Below, in pieces: positions 28,961-39,793 of a stretch of DNA of 64,000 bases (positions are counted from its first letter, which is position 1; every line of letters starts with the position of its first letter). Where the stretch lies: assembly GCA_041164585.1 (NCBI GenBank), contig JBEAPC010000254.1:4159-68158 (forward strand). Reading direction: 5' to 3'. Position numbers and translations under genes: made by a program. This DNA comes from Bacteroidota bacterium (lineage in GTDB: Bacteria > Bacteroidota > Bacteroidia > Chitinophagales > Chitinophagaceae). Under the pieces are notes generated by a model, which was given only the letters and a program-made list of their open reading frames with translations, had not been told where the DNA came from and did not search any database.

Positions 28961-30490
28961 TTACTTGCTAATAAAGACCCCTGGATATTTTTTGGTATGG
29001 GCTTGGTTCTCATAAACCAATACCCCATTTACCCATACCTTATGAATTCCTGTAGATAAGGCCTGTGGCGTTTTTACTGATGCATTATCTTTTACAGTAG
29101 CAGGATCAAACAATACCAAATCCGCAAAATATCCTGTTGCAATAATGCCCCTATTTTTAATCCCAGTTTGTTCTGCCGCTAAACCGGTCATTTTTTGAAT
29201 GGCAGTTTCAAGGCTCATGATTTTCTGCTCTCGAACATAATGACCAAGAACCCTAGTAAATGAACCAAAGCCCCTGGGGTGACCACCATAAGAGCCATCG
29301 GAACAAATATTGGTATGTGACCAAGCTAGAATATTCACCACGTCTTCATCGGTCATGGACTTTCCCATAATGCCTTCCAATCCACTTGCTTCTGGGTGCG
29401 CTTTTCCATAAGCAGTTGATTCTGCAATCAAACCCATGATGGTTTGCGCTGCGCTTTCTTTGCGCATGGCCGCTATTTCTGTTACTGTTTTTCCAGCGTA
29501 GGCAGGATTGGCAGCAAACCTGGTAACAATAGATTTATCGGCATCAAATGTATGGTCCACCGCATACTGTGCACTCTGTGCATTGGTATAGTCTGTTTTT
29601 GGAAACAAGACTTTAATAGTGCTTGACCAAAAATCATAGGGATAACAGTCCGCTGTAATATCAATTCCTTCTTCTCTAGCTTTTTGTAGTTGAGCCAATA
29701 TTTGAGGTGACTTTCCCCAATCATCTTTGAGTGCTAGTTTAAAATGCGAAATTTGAACAGGAAGTTTGGCCTGTCGGCCGATGTCTATGATTTCATCAAG
29801 TGCATCTGCCAGCGCCACGTCTTCACTACGCAAATGACTCATGTATCTGCCCTTAAAAGCTGCAGCCGTTTTGGCAAGTTCAATCACTTCTTTTCTGGAA
29901 GAGAAATAAGCGCCCGCATATTCCAAACCAGTGGATAGTCCTAATGAGCCTTTACGCATTTCTTGTTCCAACAATACTTGCATCTGTTTAATCTCTGCAT
30001 CAGAAGCAGCCCTGCCTAAATTCTTTTCTCCCATCACAGCTTCACGCAAATCAGTATGCCCAGTATAAGTAGCCCAATTCACAGCAATTGGAATTTGTTT
30101 TATGCCAGACTGAATACTTTCAATACCATCGCCCGAGCCATCCTGACCTCCAATTATGGTGGTTACACCTTGGTTCAGGTCTGCTAAAGCATCTGGATGT
30201 TTTTTCAAGGAACCCCCAACATGGCTATGCGTATCAATAAAGCCCGGTGCTAATACCTGACCTTTGCCATCAATAATGGTTTCATCAGGCAAGACTTTCA
30301 ATTTTCCTATGGCTTCTATTTGATTACCCTTGATTCTAACGTCGGCAAGTCTGGCAGGTAGACCCATACCATCTATCAACTGAACGTTTCGAATAAGAGT
30401 AGTTTTATTTTGAGCCTGTAAGCTCAAAATTCCAAATGCCAACATCGAGCTAAAAATGATTCTACGCATAACCCCTACAAGATAATTCAT
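28961..30490 (-). CDS. N-acyl-D-amino-acid deacylase (D-aminoacylase) family protein with signal peptide
   Basis: PGFIDTHSH, GLSTGLEY, SHLRSE, ISHFK, D.YPY, SDG..HPRGFG, ADLVLFDP; N-terminal ...LSLQAQ. Confidence 0.85.
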   Translation of the reverse strand: MNYLVGVMRRIIFSSMLAFGILSLQAQNKTTLIRNVQLIDGMGLPARLADVRIKGNQIEAIGKLKVLPDETIIDGKGQVLAPGFIDTHSHVGGSLKKHPDALADLNQGVTTIIGGQDGSGDGIESIQSGIKQIPIAVNWATYTGHTDLREAVMGEKNLGRAASDAEIKQMQVLLEQEMRKGSLGLSTGLEYAGAYFSSRKEVIELAKTAAAFKGRYMSHLRSEDVALADALDEIIDIGRQAKLPVQISHFKLALKDDWGKSPQILAQLQKAREEGIDITADCYPYDFWSSTIKVLFPKTDYTNAQSAQYAVDHTFDADKSIVTRFAANPAYAGKTVTEIAAMRKESAAQTIMGLIAESTAYGKAHPEASGLEGIMGKSMTDEDVVNILAWSHTNICSDGSYGGHPRGFGSFTRVLGHYVREQKIMSLETAIQKMTGLAAEQTGIKNRGIIATGYFADLVLFDPATVKDNASVKTPQALSTGIHKVWVNGVLVYENQAHTKKYPGVFISK

Positions 30491-30531
30491 TGATTCCTAA
30501 TTTCTAAAGGCTTCTTTAATAGATTTGCCAA

Positions 30532-31215
30532 ATGTTACACCCATTGGACAATCCAGTTTGGTCTGCGTTGAGCGGAAGACAGAAAAGGTTTAATATTGGA
30601 GACGAACAACTCAAATATTTCCCGGCAAATGTGGCTTCTTTTGTAGGATTAGAAAACTGGGACGCTTTTGATCTGCGTATTTTGGAAGAGCGCTTGCCTA
30701 GTGGAAGAACCTTTTCCATTCCCATCTCAAGACCAGTAGTTATTCCAGATTGTTTTGAAGTGTTATTTGAAATTCCTTTGTATCAAATGGTTTGTTCTAG
30801 TTTGAATAGACAATCATTGCCTGTATTGCCGCTACAAAAACTAGGGAAGAAGCATTTACAACAAATGTTAGATTTAACAGCCCTAACCAAACCTGGACCG
30901 TTTTATGAACATACCATGGATTTTGGAAATTACTATGGCATCATGGAAGGCCCTAATTTATTAGCTATGACCGGAGAGCGCATGAAGGCAAAGGGTTTTA
31001 CAGAAGTCAGCGCCATCTGTACCCAACCAGATCAAATGGGAAAGGGCTATGCCTCTATATTATTACAACATGCATGCGAACGCATTTTTGCCAAGGGGGA
31101 ACAACCTTTCTTGCACGTGAAACAGGATAATCCATCGGCTTTACATGTGTATAGGAAATTTGGCTTTGAAGTAAGAACGGAGATATATTATGCTATCTTC
31201 AAAAGGAAATCATAA
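30532..31215 (+). CDS. GNAT acetyltransferase (FR47-like)
   Basis: HPLDNPVW.AL, PGPF, AM.GER, EVSAICT..GKG, FLHV...N..A..VY.K.GF. Confidence 0.85.
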   Translation: MLHPLDNPVWSALSGRQKRFNIGDEQLKYFPANVASFVGLENWDAFDLRILEERLPSGRTFSIPISRPVVIPDCFEVLFEIPLYQMVCSSLNRQSLPVLPLQKLGKKHLQQMLDLTALTKPGPFYEHTMDFGNYYGIMEGPNLLAMTGERMKAKGFTEVSAICTQPDQMGKGYASILLQHACERIFAKGEQPFLHVKQDNPSALHVYRKFGFEVRTEIYYAIFKRKS

Positions 31216-31218
31216 GCC

Positions 31219-31851
31219 ATGTCATTTACCACTGCATCTTCCTTAGAAAGAGTAGCATTTAAACAAAACCGACTACTTCAAATACTTGCCCTAGTCTTTG
31301 TCTTTTTTTGGATTGGTACATATGTTTCTACTCCAAACATGGCTAATTGGTATACCGAGAATGTACTCACCTTTTTGTTTTTATTAGGTCTCATCCTCAG
31401 TCATGCCAAATTTAAGTTTAGTGACCTGAGTTATACCATGATCACTGTTTATCTCTTATTGCATATTTATGGAGCTGAATATACTTATGCGGAAAACCCT
31501 TTTGGTTATTGGCTTAAAGACGCATTAACATTGAATCGTAATTATTATGACCGCATTGTACACTTTAGTTTTGGTTTTCTATTAACCTATCCCATGCGGG
31601 ATTATTTTAAAAATCATTTTGAATGGCCAAATTGGGTTTGTTGGATTTTGCCCATTGAAATCACCCTTTCTTTCTCTGCGCTCTATGAATTAATTGAATG
31701 GCTGGTAGCCGATATATTTTTCCCAGAAGAAGGGGTGGCTTATCTTGGCACCCAAGGTGATATCTGGGACGCACAAAAAGACATGGGGATTGCTTTTGTT
31801 GGTGCCGTCATAGCCATGGCCTTGATCAGTAGTATTAGAAAATTTAAATAA
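31219..31851 (+). CDS. DUF2238 (YjdF-like) membrane protein
   Basis: W..EN, LH..GA.YTY, RN.YDR.VHF, YE.IEW, LGTQGD.WDAQKDM. Confidence 0.85.
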   Translation: MSFTTASSLERVAFKQNRLLQILALVFVFFWIGTYVSTPNMANWYTENVLTFLFLLGLILSHAKFKFSDLSYTMITVYLLLHIYGAEYTYAENPFGYWLKDALTLNRNYYDRIVHFSFGFLLTYPMRDYFKNHFEWPNWVCWILPIEITLSFSALYELIEWLVADIFFPEEGVAYLGTQGDIWDAQKDMGIAFVGAVIAMALISSIRKFK

Positions 31852-31852
31852 G

Positions 31853-32605
31853 ATGGACTTTATCACCGTTTTCAGTTTCTCCCAGTGGTTGATGATTTTA
31901 TTGGCATCCTTTATCATAGGTATGGGAAAAGCTGGATTGAAAGGGGTAGACATGCTAAGTGTAACCTTAATGGCATTTGTTTTTGGAAGTAAGTCTTCTA
32001 CTGGAATAGTTTTACCACTTTTATGTTTGGCCGATATTGCTGCTGTAGCTTATTATAATCGCCACGCACAATGGAATCATTTCTGGAAAATTGTTCCATG
32101 GATGATTGTGGGAATTTTGCTTGGCGTTTACTTGGGTAAGGATATGGATGAAACAGTATTCCGTAAAATCATGGCGGTGATTATCATGATCACCATTGTG
32201 ATTGTTTTATTCATGGAGTATAGAAAATCAGATAAAGTACCTAGTCACCCAATGTTTGCTGCATCTACTGGATTGGCTGCAGGATTTACCACCATGTTGG
32301 GTAATTTGGCAGGCGCTTTTTCCAATCTTTATTTTTTAGCCATGCGCTTATCAAAGAATGACTTTATAGGAACTGCTGCATGGATTTTTCTATTCATGAA
32401 TTTATTCAAATTACCCTTTCAGGTTTTCTATTGGAAAAATATTACCGTAGACAGTTTAAAAATTGATGCAGTGCTCATACCCACATTGGCACTAGGTTTT
32501 TGGGAGGGTAAAGCTTTGGTAGGAAAAATCAAGGACCAACACTACAGAAAACTAGTAATGCTTCTCACATTGATTGGCTGTGTCATGATGTTGGTGAAAC
32601 ATTAA
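31853..32605 (+). CDS. TauE/SafE sulfite-exporter family protein
   Basis: G..KAG, STG..LPLL..AD, AGFTTM.GN.AG, N..KLPF. Confidence 0.85.
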   Translation: MDFITVFSFSQWLMILLASFIIGMGKAGLKGVDMLSVTLMAFVFGSKSSTGIVLPLLCLADIAAVAYYNRHAQWNHFWKIVPWMIVGILLGVYLGKDMDETVFRKIMAVIIMITIVIVLFMEYRKSDKVPSHPMFAASTGLAAGFTTMLGNLAGAFSNLYFLAMRLSKNDFIGTAAWIFLFMNLFKLPFQVFYWKNITVDSLKIDAVLIPTLALGFWEGKALVGKIKDQHYRKLVMLLTLIGCVMMLVKH

Positions 32606-32628
32606 ATGAAGATTTTAAAATAATACAT

Positions 32629-33774
32629 ATGAATACTAAGATTGGAATCCTTTTTACCAGCTTTTTTCTGATGTTAGTTAGTTTAGATATTGCTGCACAA
32701 GCAGATCAAGCCGAAGCGGGTATCAAAACCATCATGGAGCAATCCAAAGTAATGGGACTATCCGTTGCAGTGGTGAAGAATAATCAAATCATTTATACGC
32801 ATTCTTTTGGCTATAAAAATGCTGAAACAAAAGAGCCACTTACAGATGATTGTCTGTTTAGAATTGCGTCTATTTCAAAATCATTTTCAGCCACTTCAGT
32901 AATGCAATTGATAGAACAGAAAAAACTATCCTTACAAACAGACTTAAGTGACTTAGTTGGTTTTAAGATTCGGAATCCAAAATATCCTGAAACAGTTATC
33001 AGTTTAGAAATGGCGCTTTCACATTTGTCCTCTATCAATGATAGCCAAGGATATTTCACACTAGATGCCATTAACCCAGCCAAGAATCCTAGTTGGGCTA
33101 GTTGTTACAATGCCTATGAACCTGGAACCAAATACCAGTATTGTAATTTGAATTTTAATATGGTGGGTACCATTATTGAAAAACAATCTGGCGAAAGATT
33201 TGACCAATATGTCAAACACCATGTATTGGATCCTTTAAATATCTATGGTGGCTATTGTGTAGACTCTTTAGATAAATCAAGGTTTGCAAGTATTTATGAA
33301 TACAACAAAGACTCATCAAAATTTATTCCATCGCCCATGGCTTATGCGCCAAGGTCTGCTGAGATTGCCAATTATACCATGGGTTATACCACCCCCATTT
33401 TTTCTCCAACGGGCGGCATGAAAATCAGTGCTACAGACTTGGCTAATTATATGATCATGCATAGCCGGCAGGGAAAAGCAAATGGCGTAAGAATCATTTC
33501 AAAAAAATCAGCCGCAGCCATGCAAACAGCCAGGTCTGCAGAAGAAGGTTATGGTTTGGCCATTATGACCACAGATCAATTAATTCCTGGTAAAACCATG
33601 AAAGGACATACTGGTGTTGCTTATGGTTTGTATAGTGCCATGTTTTTTCAACCAAAAGAGAAATTTGGCATAGTGGTCATTAGCAATGGTTGTGATCCAA
33701 GTTATACAAACGGGTTTAATTCCGTAATTCGAAATACCGTGAACTGTTTATACAACGCTTTCCTTGTTAAATGA
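32629..33774 (+). CDS. Exported serine hydrolase (beta-lactamase/PBP-like)
   Basis: FRIASISK (SxxK), YCN (YxN), GHTG; signal peptide. Confidence 0.85.
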   Translation: MNTKIGILFTSFFLMLVSLDIAAQADQAEAGIKTIMEQSKVMGLSVAVVKNNQIIYTHSFGYKNAETKEPLTDDCLFRIASISKSFSATSVMQLIEQKKLSLQTDLSDLVGFKIRNPKYPETVISLEMALSHLSSINDSQGYFTLDAINPAKNPSWASCYNAYEPGTKYQYCNLNFNMVGTIIEKQSGERFDQYVKHHVLDPLNIYGGYCVDSLDKSRFASIYEYNKDSSKFIPSPMAYAPRSAEIANYTMGYTTPIFSPTGGMKISATDLANYMIMHSRQGKANGVRIISKKSAAAMQTARSAEEGYGLAIMTTDQLIPGKTMKGHTGVAYGLYSAMFFQPKEKFGIVVISNGCDPSYTNGFNSVIRNTVNCLYNAFLVK

Positions 33775-33847
33775 CAATTTCTTGATTTTAGCCGAGACAC
33801 ATTGATGTATTTTTGCTGTTTCATTGCAATTACATTAAATCCATCAT

Positions 33848-34564
33848 ATGGAATCATTACAAGGTAAAAATGCCATTGTTACCGGAGCCGGTAAGGGCAT
33901 AGGAAAAGCTATCGCCATAGCTTTAGCAAAAGAAGGCGTACAAGTAGGTTTAATAGCAAGAACTTCTAAAGATTTGGAAACCGTTGCTGCAGAAATAACT
34001 GCGCTTGGTGTTAAAGCAGCAATTGCTGTGGCCGATATTAGCAATATAACTGAAGTAAACAAAGCTGTTGAAAGCATCCAATCAGAATTGGGCAATACCG
34101 ATATTTTAATCAACAACGCAGGCACTGGTACATTTGGAAAATTCTTAGAATTAAGCCCTGAGCAATGGGAGAACCAAATTAAAGTGAACTTATTTGGTGT
34201 TTACTATGCCACTAGGGCTGTTTTGCCACAGATGATTGAAAGACAAACAGGCGATATTGTCAATGTCTCTTCTACAGCCGGTCTTACAGGTGCAGCGGTT
34301 ACCAGTGCCTATAGTGCTTCAAAATTTGGCGTGATGGGATTAACAGAATCTTTGATGCAAGAAGTGCGCAAACACAATATTCGTGTAACGGCTATGGCGC
34401 CAAGTACGGTAGTGACTGAATTAGCAATCTCTGCCAACCTTATCAACAATAATGAAGAGCGCATGATGCATCCTGAAGACTTTGCTGAATTAATTATTGC
34501 GCAATTAAAATTGAATAGAAGGGTATTTGTAAAAGCCTCTTCAATATGGTCTACTAATCCTTAA
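33848..34564 (+). CDS. SDR oxidoreductase (YoxD/3-ketoacyl-ACP reductase-like)
   Basis: [22 protein letters not shown]. Confidence 0.85.
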   Translation: MESLQGKNAIVTGAGKGIGKAIAIALAKEGVQVGLIARTSKDLETVAAEITALGVKAAIAVADISNITEVNKAVESIQSELGNTDILINNAGTGTFGKFLELSPEQWENQIKVNLFGVYYATRAVLPQMIERQTGDIVNVSSTAGLTGAAVTSAYSASKFGVMGLTESLMQEVRKHNIRVTAMAPSTVVTELAISANLINNNEERMMHPEDFAELIIAQLKLNRRVFVKASSIWSTNP

Positions 34565-34574
34565 AATAAATATT

Positions 34575-35405
34575 ATGAAAAAAGTTTGGTTTATTTCAGG
34601 TTGCTCAACCGGTTTTGGTAGAGCTCTTTCTTTAGAACTATTAGCTCAAGGATATCAAGTAGTGGTAACTGCACGTAAGGTTGCAGACATTGAAGATATT
34701 TTGGCAATTGATACAACCAATACTTTGGGATTGGCTTTAGACGTCACGGTTCCTGAACAAGTAACTGCTGCTGTAGAAGCAGCCATTGCACATTTTGGAA
34801 GGATTGATGTGTTGGTGAACAATGCCGGGATTGGCTATTTTGGTGCGGTAGAAGAAAGTGAAGAAGCAGAAGTGCGTAGGATGTTTGAGATCAATGTTTT
34901 TGGTCTAGCTAGACTAACACAAGAGGTATTGCCATTTATGCGCAAACAAAGAAGTGGGCATATTTTGAATGTGGCTTCTATTGGTGGTCTGCGTTCTTTC
35001 CCAGGCGTAGGTTTCTACAATGCTACCAAATATGCGGTGGATGGATTGAGTGAAGCTTTGTATAAAGAAGTATCGCCCTTGGGTATAAAAGTTACCGTGA
35101 TTTGCCCTAGTGGATTCCGTACCGACTGGGCTGGCCGTTCTGCCAAAAACACGGCCATCAGTATTGCTGACTATGCAACCACCGCTCAAAAAAATATGGG
35201 TGATATCAGGGCTATTAGCGGCAATCAAGCCGGAGATCCGGTTAAAGCTGCCAAAGCTATGATCATGGTAACTGAAACAGAGAACCCTCCATTAAGGTTA
35301 CTACTTGGTGCTGCTGCATTAAAAGGAGCCAGACTCAAATTAGAAGAGCTACGCAATGATTTTGAAACCTGGGCCGATGTAAGTGAAGGCGCTGATTTTA
35401 AATAA
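34575..35405 (+). CDS. SDR oxidoreductase
   Basis: KVWFISGCSTGFG, NNAG, YNATK, PSGFRTDW, GDP.KAA. Confidence 0.9.
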   Translation: MKKVWFISGCSTGFGRALSLELLAQGYQVVVTARKVADIEDILAIDTTNTLGLALDVTVPEQVTAAVEAAIAHFGRIDVLVNNAGIGYFGAVEESEEAEVRRMFEINVFGLARLTQEVLPFMRKQRSGHILNVASIGGLRSFPGVGFYNATKYAVDGLSEALYKEVSPLGIKVTVICPSGFRTDWAGRSAKNTAISIADYATTAQKNMGDIRAISGNQAGDPVKAAKAMIMVTETENPPLRLLLGAAALKGARLKLEELRNDFETWADVSEGADFK

Positions 35406-35904
35406 ACAACAATACCAAAGTCAGTATCACACCAACAACCGTAAAGATGAGTCCCTTTCTAAATATGGAAGTTTGAGGCATAAACATCCAGAAAGAAGAG
35501 ATTACAAAAAAGAATAGGGATAGTCCAAAAAAGATGTTCAAATAGAACAGTGGTTGCTTGGTGGTTGCTTTGTGAAAATTGGTCATCTTGCTTACAACAA
35601 AGGGCAGCTCTTTTACTTTGAACTCAGCTACACCAGTTACTTTGTTATAAGTACCTTGTTTGAAGCTAACAATATTGTTGGTATCACTCAAGACTTTCAG
35701 TTCTTTAATTTTAATGGCTTTGCCAAGGTCAACGGCATCAAGATTTGGAGCAACAGTTAGCGATTTTGATTTTTCGGATTTTAAAAAATCGGTTTCTCTA
35801 AAAATCAAAATGATACCACTGATGGAATAAACTGCCATAATACCGGCAAGAAAAAAACCTAGATATCGATGGTAGACGCGCATATTGGTGTTAAGGTTGC
35901 TCAT
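35398..35904 (-). CDS. PepSY-associated TM-like membrane protein
   Basis: R..HRYLGFF...YSISG and FHKA conserved His segments; three TM helices. Confidence 0.65.
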   Translation of the reverse strand: MSNLNTNMRVYHRYLGFFLAGIMAVYSISGIILIFRETDFLKSEKSKSLTVAPNLDAVDLGKAIKIKELKVLSDTNNIVSFKQGTYNKVTGVAEFKVKELPFVVSKMTNFHKATTKQPLFYLNIFFGLSLFFFVISSFWMFMPQTSIFRKGLIFTVVGVILTLVLLFI

Positions 35905-35958
35905 AAAATTAAGTTGATGCTAATCATTTAATAGATAACAAGTTACGAAAAAGCTACT

Positions 35959-35995
35959 AAAAAAGGCTGTTCTCTTTTCAGGGAACAGCCTTTTT
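35959..35995. terminator. Intrinsic terminator after the second GH3
   Basis: AAAAAGGCTGTTCTCT-ttc-AGGGAACAGCCTTTTT. Confidence 0.8.
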
Positions 35996-36009
35996 AAACT
36001 GGGGGGAGT

Positions 36010-38382
36010 TTATTTCTTGGTTTTGGGGACCTCTCTTTTTAATTCGTTGATAGCCACTTTAGGTATCAATACCTTATTTACTTTTTCAACAATCATCTCT
36101 TTAGAAAGTTTAAAGCTGGCAGTTGCAATGGTTTGCTGAGCATTGCCAATATTCACAGTATAATCACCTGCGTCTGCTACCCAAGCACCAGCAGTAGTAT
36201 TAAAAGATGCTAACTCGGCTGCAGTCAAGCTAAAGCTGATTTCTTGAGATTCACCAGGTTGCAAAAGCTTTGTTTTGGCAAATGCTTTTAATTCAGACTT
36301 TGGTTTATCAATTTTAGAAACAGGCGCAGACAAATACAACTGAACCACTTCTTTGCCTGCAAGTTTACCATTATTGGTCACGGTAACAGTTGCTTGAATT
36401 TGATCAGTGAAAACTGGCGCGCTCAATTTCAGGTTATTGGTACTAAACTGTGTATAGGACAAACCATAGCCAAAGGGATAAGCTGTTGGAACATTAAAAC
36501 TGTTGAAATACCTATATCCTACATAAACACCTTCTTCATAGATTACTTCAGCATCCACTTGTTTTTGACCAAATAAACCAGGTTTTTCAGAACCAGGAAT
36601 TACACGACCAGGAAAGTTTTTAGCAGTAATATCATCGGCATATTTTGCAGGGAAAGTAGTAGCTAATTTGCCAGATGGATTCACTTTTCCAGAAACCACA
36701 TCGGCCATGGCATTGCCACCTTCTAAGCCAGGTTGCCATGCTAATAAAATGGCGTCTACATCATCTCTCCATTGCATTAGATCAACCACACCACCAATAT
36801 TAAGTGTAACCACCACTTTTTTATTTTTTGCATGGAACGCAGTAGATACTGACTTAATCAACGTTAATTCTTTTTGGGTTAGATTATAATCATCTACCTC
36901 TTTGCGGTCATTGCCTTCACCTGCGTTACGTCCAATAGCAATTACGGCCAGTTCAGATGTTGCAGCAGCGCTCTTTATTTGATCATCTGTTACACTCATT
37001 TCAACAATGGGCACAATGGGACTCATTAATTCTTCCATTAAACTGCGCTTAGGACGCTTGGCATTTTCTGCCGCCATGTATTGGCTATAAGCCCTGTACA
37101 AATTGGTGTTCAACGCATATCCCGCGCGGAATAAACCGTCTGCAAAAGGAACGCTATACATTTTATTAACGTCTCCACTACCTGTTCCACCAGCAACAAG
37201 ATCTAATTGGTTATTACCAAATAAGGCAATGGAACTGCCTGCGGCGATGGGTAATGTCTTGCCTTCATTTTTCAACAAAACCATGCTTTCAGCAGCAGCA
37301 GAACGAGAGATCTGGGCATTCTCTTTTAGTGGTGGATTGTCACTGAATTTATAGCCCTTATAAGTTTGTGTCAACAAAATAATATTCAAGATTTCAGCAA
37401 CGTTTTGATCCAAGACTTTTTCATCTAATTGACCTGCTTTTACTGCATCTAAGATTTCTTTTTTCTGATTAGGCATACCAGGCATGATCAAATGATTACC
37501 TGCTTTTTGTTGCGCCACAGCATTCTTTCCACCAAACCAATCCGTCATCACAAAACCTTTGAATCCAAATTCATCGCGCAAAATGGTACGCAATAATTCA
37601 GGATTTTCAGAAGTAAATGGTCCGTTCACCAAATTATATGAACTCATGATGGTCCAAGGTTGAGACTGTTTTACCATGATCTGCCATCCTCTTAAATAGA
37701 TTTCACGCATAGCTCTTTCACTGATAATGGTATTCACAGAGCTTCTATTGGTTTCTTGGTTATTGGCAAAAAAGTGTTTGGCAGATGTACCCACACCAGT
37801 ACTTTGAATCCCGTTAACCATGGCTGCTGCTATATTACCAGTTACAATGGGGTCCTCAGAATAGTATTCAAAGTTTCTAGCACCAAGCGGATTACGATGA
37901 ATATTCATGCCAGGCCCAAGCAAAATATCAATCCCATATTCCTTGGCTTCAGCGCCCAATGCCTTACCTACTTTATTGACTAAAGCAGTATCCCAACTAG
38001 ATGCTAGTAGGGTACCAATAGGCCAAGCTGTTGCATAATATAAACGGCTCTTACCACCATTAAATGCGTGAATTCCCGCTGGACCATCGCAAACTACCAA
38101 ACCTGGAATCCCAAGTCTAGGCACACCACCGGTTGCACCCGCAGCGCCGGTTACTCTTTTTTGTGGTTCAGAAGGTGGTAGACCAGAGCCAGGCATGGGC
38201 ATGCCGGGAACATACATACTTTGACCAACTAGTAGATTAACTTTTTCTTCCAGCGTCAAGGCTTTTACCACATCGGATACTGGATTTTTGCCCAATTGAG
38301 GAAGCCCTTGTTGGGCTAGTATATTGGATACTGAGAATAGAACCAATGGCAGTAATAACCATTTTGAAATAGAAGATTTCAT
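36010..38382 (-). CDS. Glycoside hydrolase family 3 beta-glucosidase with Fn3-like C-terminus, exported
   Basis: DGPAG, GARNFEYYSEDP, KHF, MSSYN, MTDW nucleophile, EG.DR, YPFGYGLSYT, GKEVVQLY. Confidence 0.92.
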   Translation of the reverse strand: MKSSISKWLLLPLVLFSVSNILAQQGLPQLGKNPVSDVVKALTLEEKVNLLVGQSMYVPGMPMPGSGLPPSEPQKRVTGAAGATGGVPRLGIPGLVVCDGPAGIHAFNGGKSRLYYATAWPIGTLLASSWDTALVNKVGKALGAEAKEYGIDILLGPGMNIHRNPLGARNFEYYSEDPIVTGNIAAAMVNGIQSTGVGTSAKHFFANNQETNRSSVNTIISERAMREIYLRGWQIMVKQSQPWTIMSSYNLVNGPFTSENPELLRTILRDEFGFKGFVMTDWFGGKNAVAQQKAGNHLIMPGMPNQKKEILDAVKAGQLDEKVLDQNVAEILNIILLTQTYKGYKFSDNPPLKENAQISRSAAAESMVLLKNEGKTLPIAAGSSIALFGNNQLDLVAGGTGSGDVNKMYSVPFADGLFRAGYALNTNLYRAYSQYMAAENAKRPKRSLMEELMSPIVPIVEMSVTDDQIKSAAATSELAVIAIGRNAGEGNDRKEVDDYNLTQKELTLIKSVSTAFHAKNKKVVVTLNIGGVVDLMQWRDDVDAILLAWQPGLEGGNAMADVVSGKVNPSGKLATTFPAKYADDITAKNFPGRVIPGSEKPGLFGQKQVDAEVIYEEGVYVGYRYFNSFNVPTAYPFGYGLSYTQFSTNNLKLSAPVFTDQIQATVTVTNNGKLAGKEVVQLYLSAPVSKIDKPKSELKAFAKTKLLQPGESQEISFSLTAAELASFNTTAGAWVADAGDYTVNIGNAQQTIATASFKLSKEMIVEKVNKVLIPKVAINELKREVPKTKK

Positions 38383-38485
38383 GGCAGAATCGTTTTATTA
38401 AGTAAATCGTTTGTGTCTTACTGACACAATGATAAACAATTTCAAGGTCATTTCAAACAATTCTACCTTATTTCACTTTGGAAAC

Positions 38486-39736
38486 CTATAAAGTATTGAT
38501 CATGTCCACTTCTTCCTCTTCCACCAAAATGAGGTTGGCTTTCTTTACAATCAGCTTTTTGCCAAAGGAATAGATTAGTGAAGCGGTGAGTGAACAGAAG
38601 GCCATCACACCAGTCATGGCAAGGGGGCTATCGGTTTGCAAGATGCTTACAAAGGCGGAGAACAATGCGCCTATACTCATTTGAATAAAACCCATTAACG
38701 CAGAAGCGCTTCCGGCATTATGACCAAACTGCGCCATAGAGAGGGCAGAAGCGTTTGGGAAAAGAAAACCCTGACAACAGAGAAAGCAAAAGATTAATCC
38801 AATGCTGCTATAAATATTATTCCAACCCGTGATAATAGACAATACCAATAGAAGGCCAAACAAATTCTGAATGGTTAATGCTACTTTAAAAATTTGCTCA
38901 GAAGCAAATCGCTTTAGCAACATATTATTGACCTGGCTGGCGCCAATTAAACCAGCAGCTACCAAGGCAAAAATCCAACCATATTGTTGTTCACTTACAT
39001 GATAATAGACCATGAACACAAAGGGTGATCCACTGATATAGGAATACAGACCTGCATAAGCAACAGCGCCAGTAAAAGTGTATACCGCAAACTGTGGTGT
39101 TTTTACAATTCCCAAGTAATTCTCAAAAATAGCAGCAGGCTTCAATGAAAAACTGGCATCCGGTTTTTTGGATTCGGGTAATAAGAAAAATACCGCCAAA
39201 ATGATTAATACAATAATGGCCACCAAGACTGCAAAGATGGTTCTCCATCCAAAATGAGCCGTCATAAAACCACCAAGCGTTGGGGCAATGATTGGCGATA
39301 CCGCCACAACCAACATGAGGGTAGAAAATACTTTGGCATTATCCTTTACTTCAAATAAGTCACGCACCATGGCCCGTGAAGCCACCATACCCACACAGCC
39401 ACCTAGGGCTTGGAATAACCTATATAAAATGAGCATGTCTACTGATTGGGCCGTAGCACAACCAAAACTGGCAATGGCATAAATGGTTAATCCAAAATAC
39501 AAAGGGGTCTTTCTCCCAAATCTCTCTAAGAGAGGGCCATAGATCAATTGCCCCACAGAAATGCCAATAAAGAAAGAAGAAAGGGATAACATAACGGAAG
39601 CTACCGTAGTGTTCAAGCTTTTAGCAATGTCAGGGAAAGCTGGCAGGTACATGTCTATGGACAAGGGTCCGATAGCCGTGAGAAAGCCCAGTATGAGAAT
39701 GAGGTGTAATTTGTTTTCTGACTTATTTGTATTCAT
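38486..39736 (-). CDS. Bcr/CflA-family MFS efflux transporter
   Basis: PLSIDMYLPAFP, GPL.ERFGRK, GWR.IF, LPES; TACCTTTG -7 box just upstream. Confidence 0.9.
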   Translation of the reverse strand: MNTNKSENKLHLILILGFLTAIGPLSIDMYLPAFPDIAKSLNTTVASVMLSLSSFFIGISVGQLIYGPLLERFGRKTPLYFGLTIYAIASFGCATAQSVDMLILYRLFQALGGCVGMVASRAMVRDLFEVKDNAKVFSTLMLVVAVSPIIAPTLGGFMTAHFGWRTIFAVLVAIIVLIILAVFFLLPESKKPDASFSLKPAAIFENYLGIVKTPQFAVYTFTGAVAYAGLYSYISGSPFVFMVYYHVSEQQYGWIFALVAAGLIGASQVNNMLLKRFASEQIFKVALTIQNLFGLLLVLSIITGWNNIYSSIGLIFCFLCCQGFLFPNASALSMAQFGHNAGSASALMGFIQMSIGALFSAFVSILQTDSPLAMTGVMAFCSLTASLIYSFGKKLIVKKANLILVEEEEVDMINTL

Positions 39737-39793
39737 AATTTGGGCAAAGGTATTGTCATTGTCCCTATTCTACTGCAAGGATCAGAAAAGGGC

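Noticed and set aside
32629-33774. Possible beta-lactamase resistance gene
   Set aside because: SxxK/YxN/HTG are shared by many esterases and peptidases; no evidence for lactamase activity or mobile context
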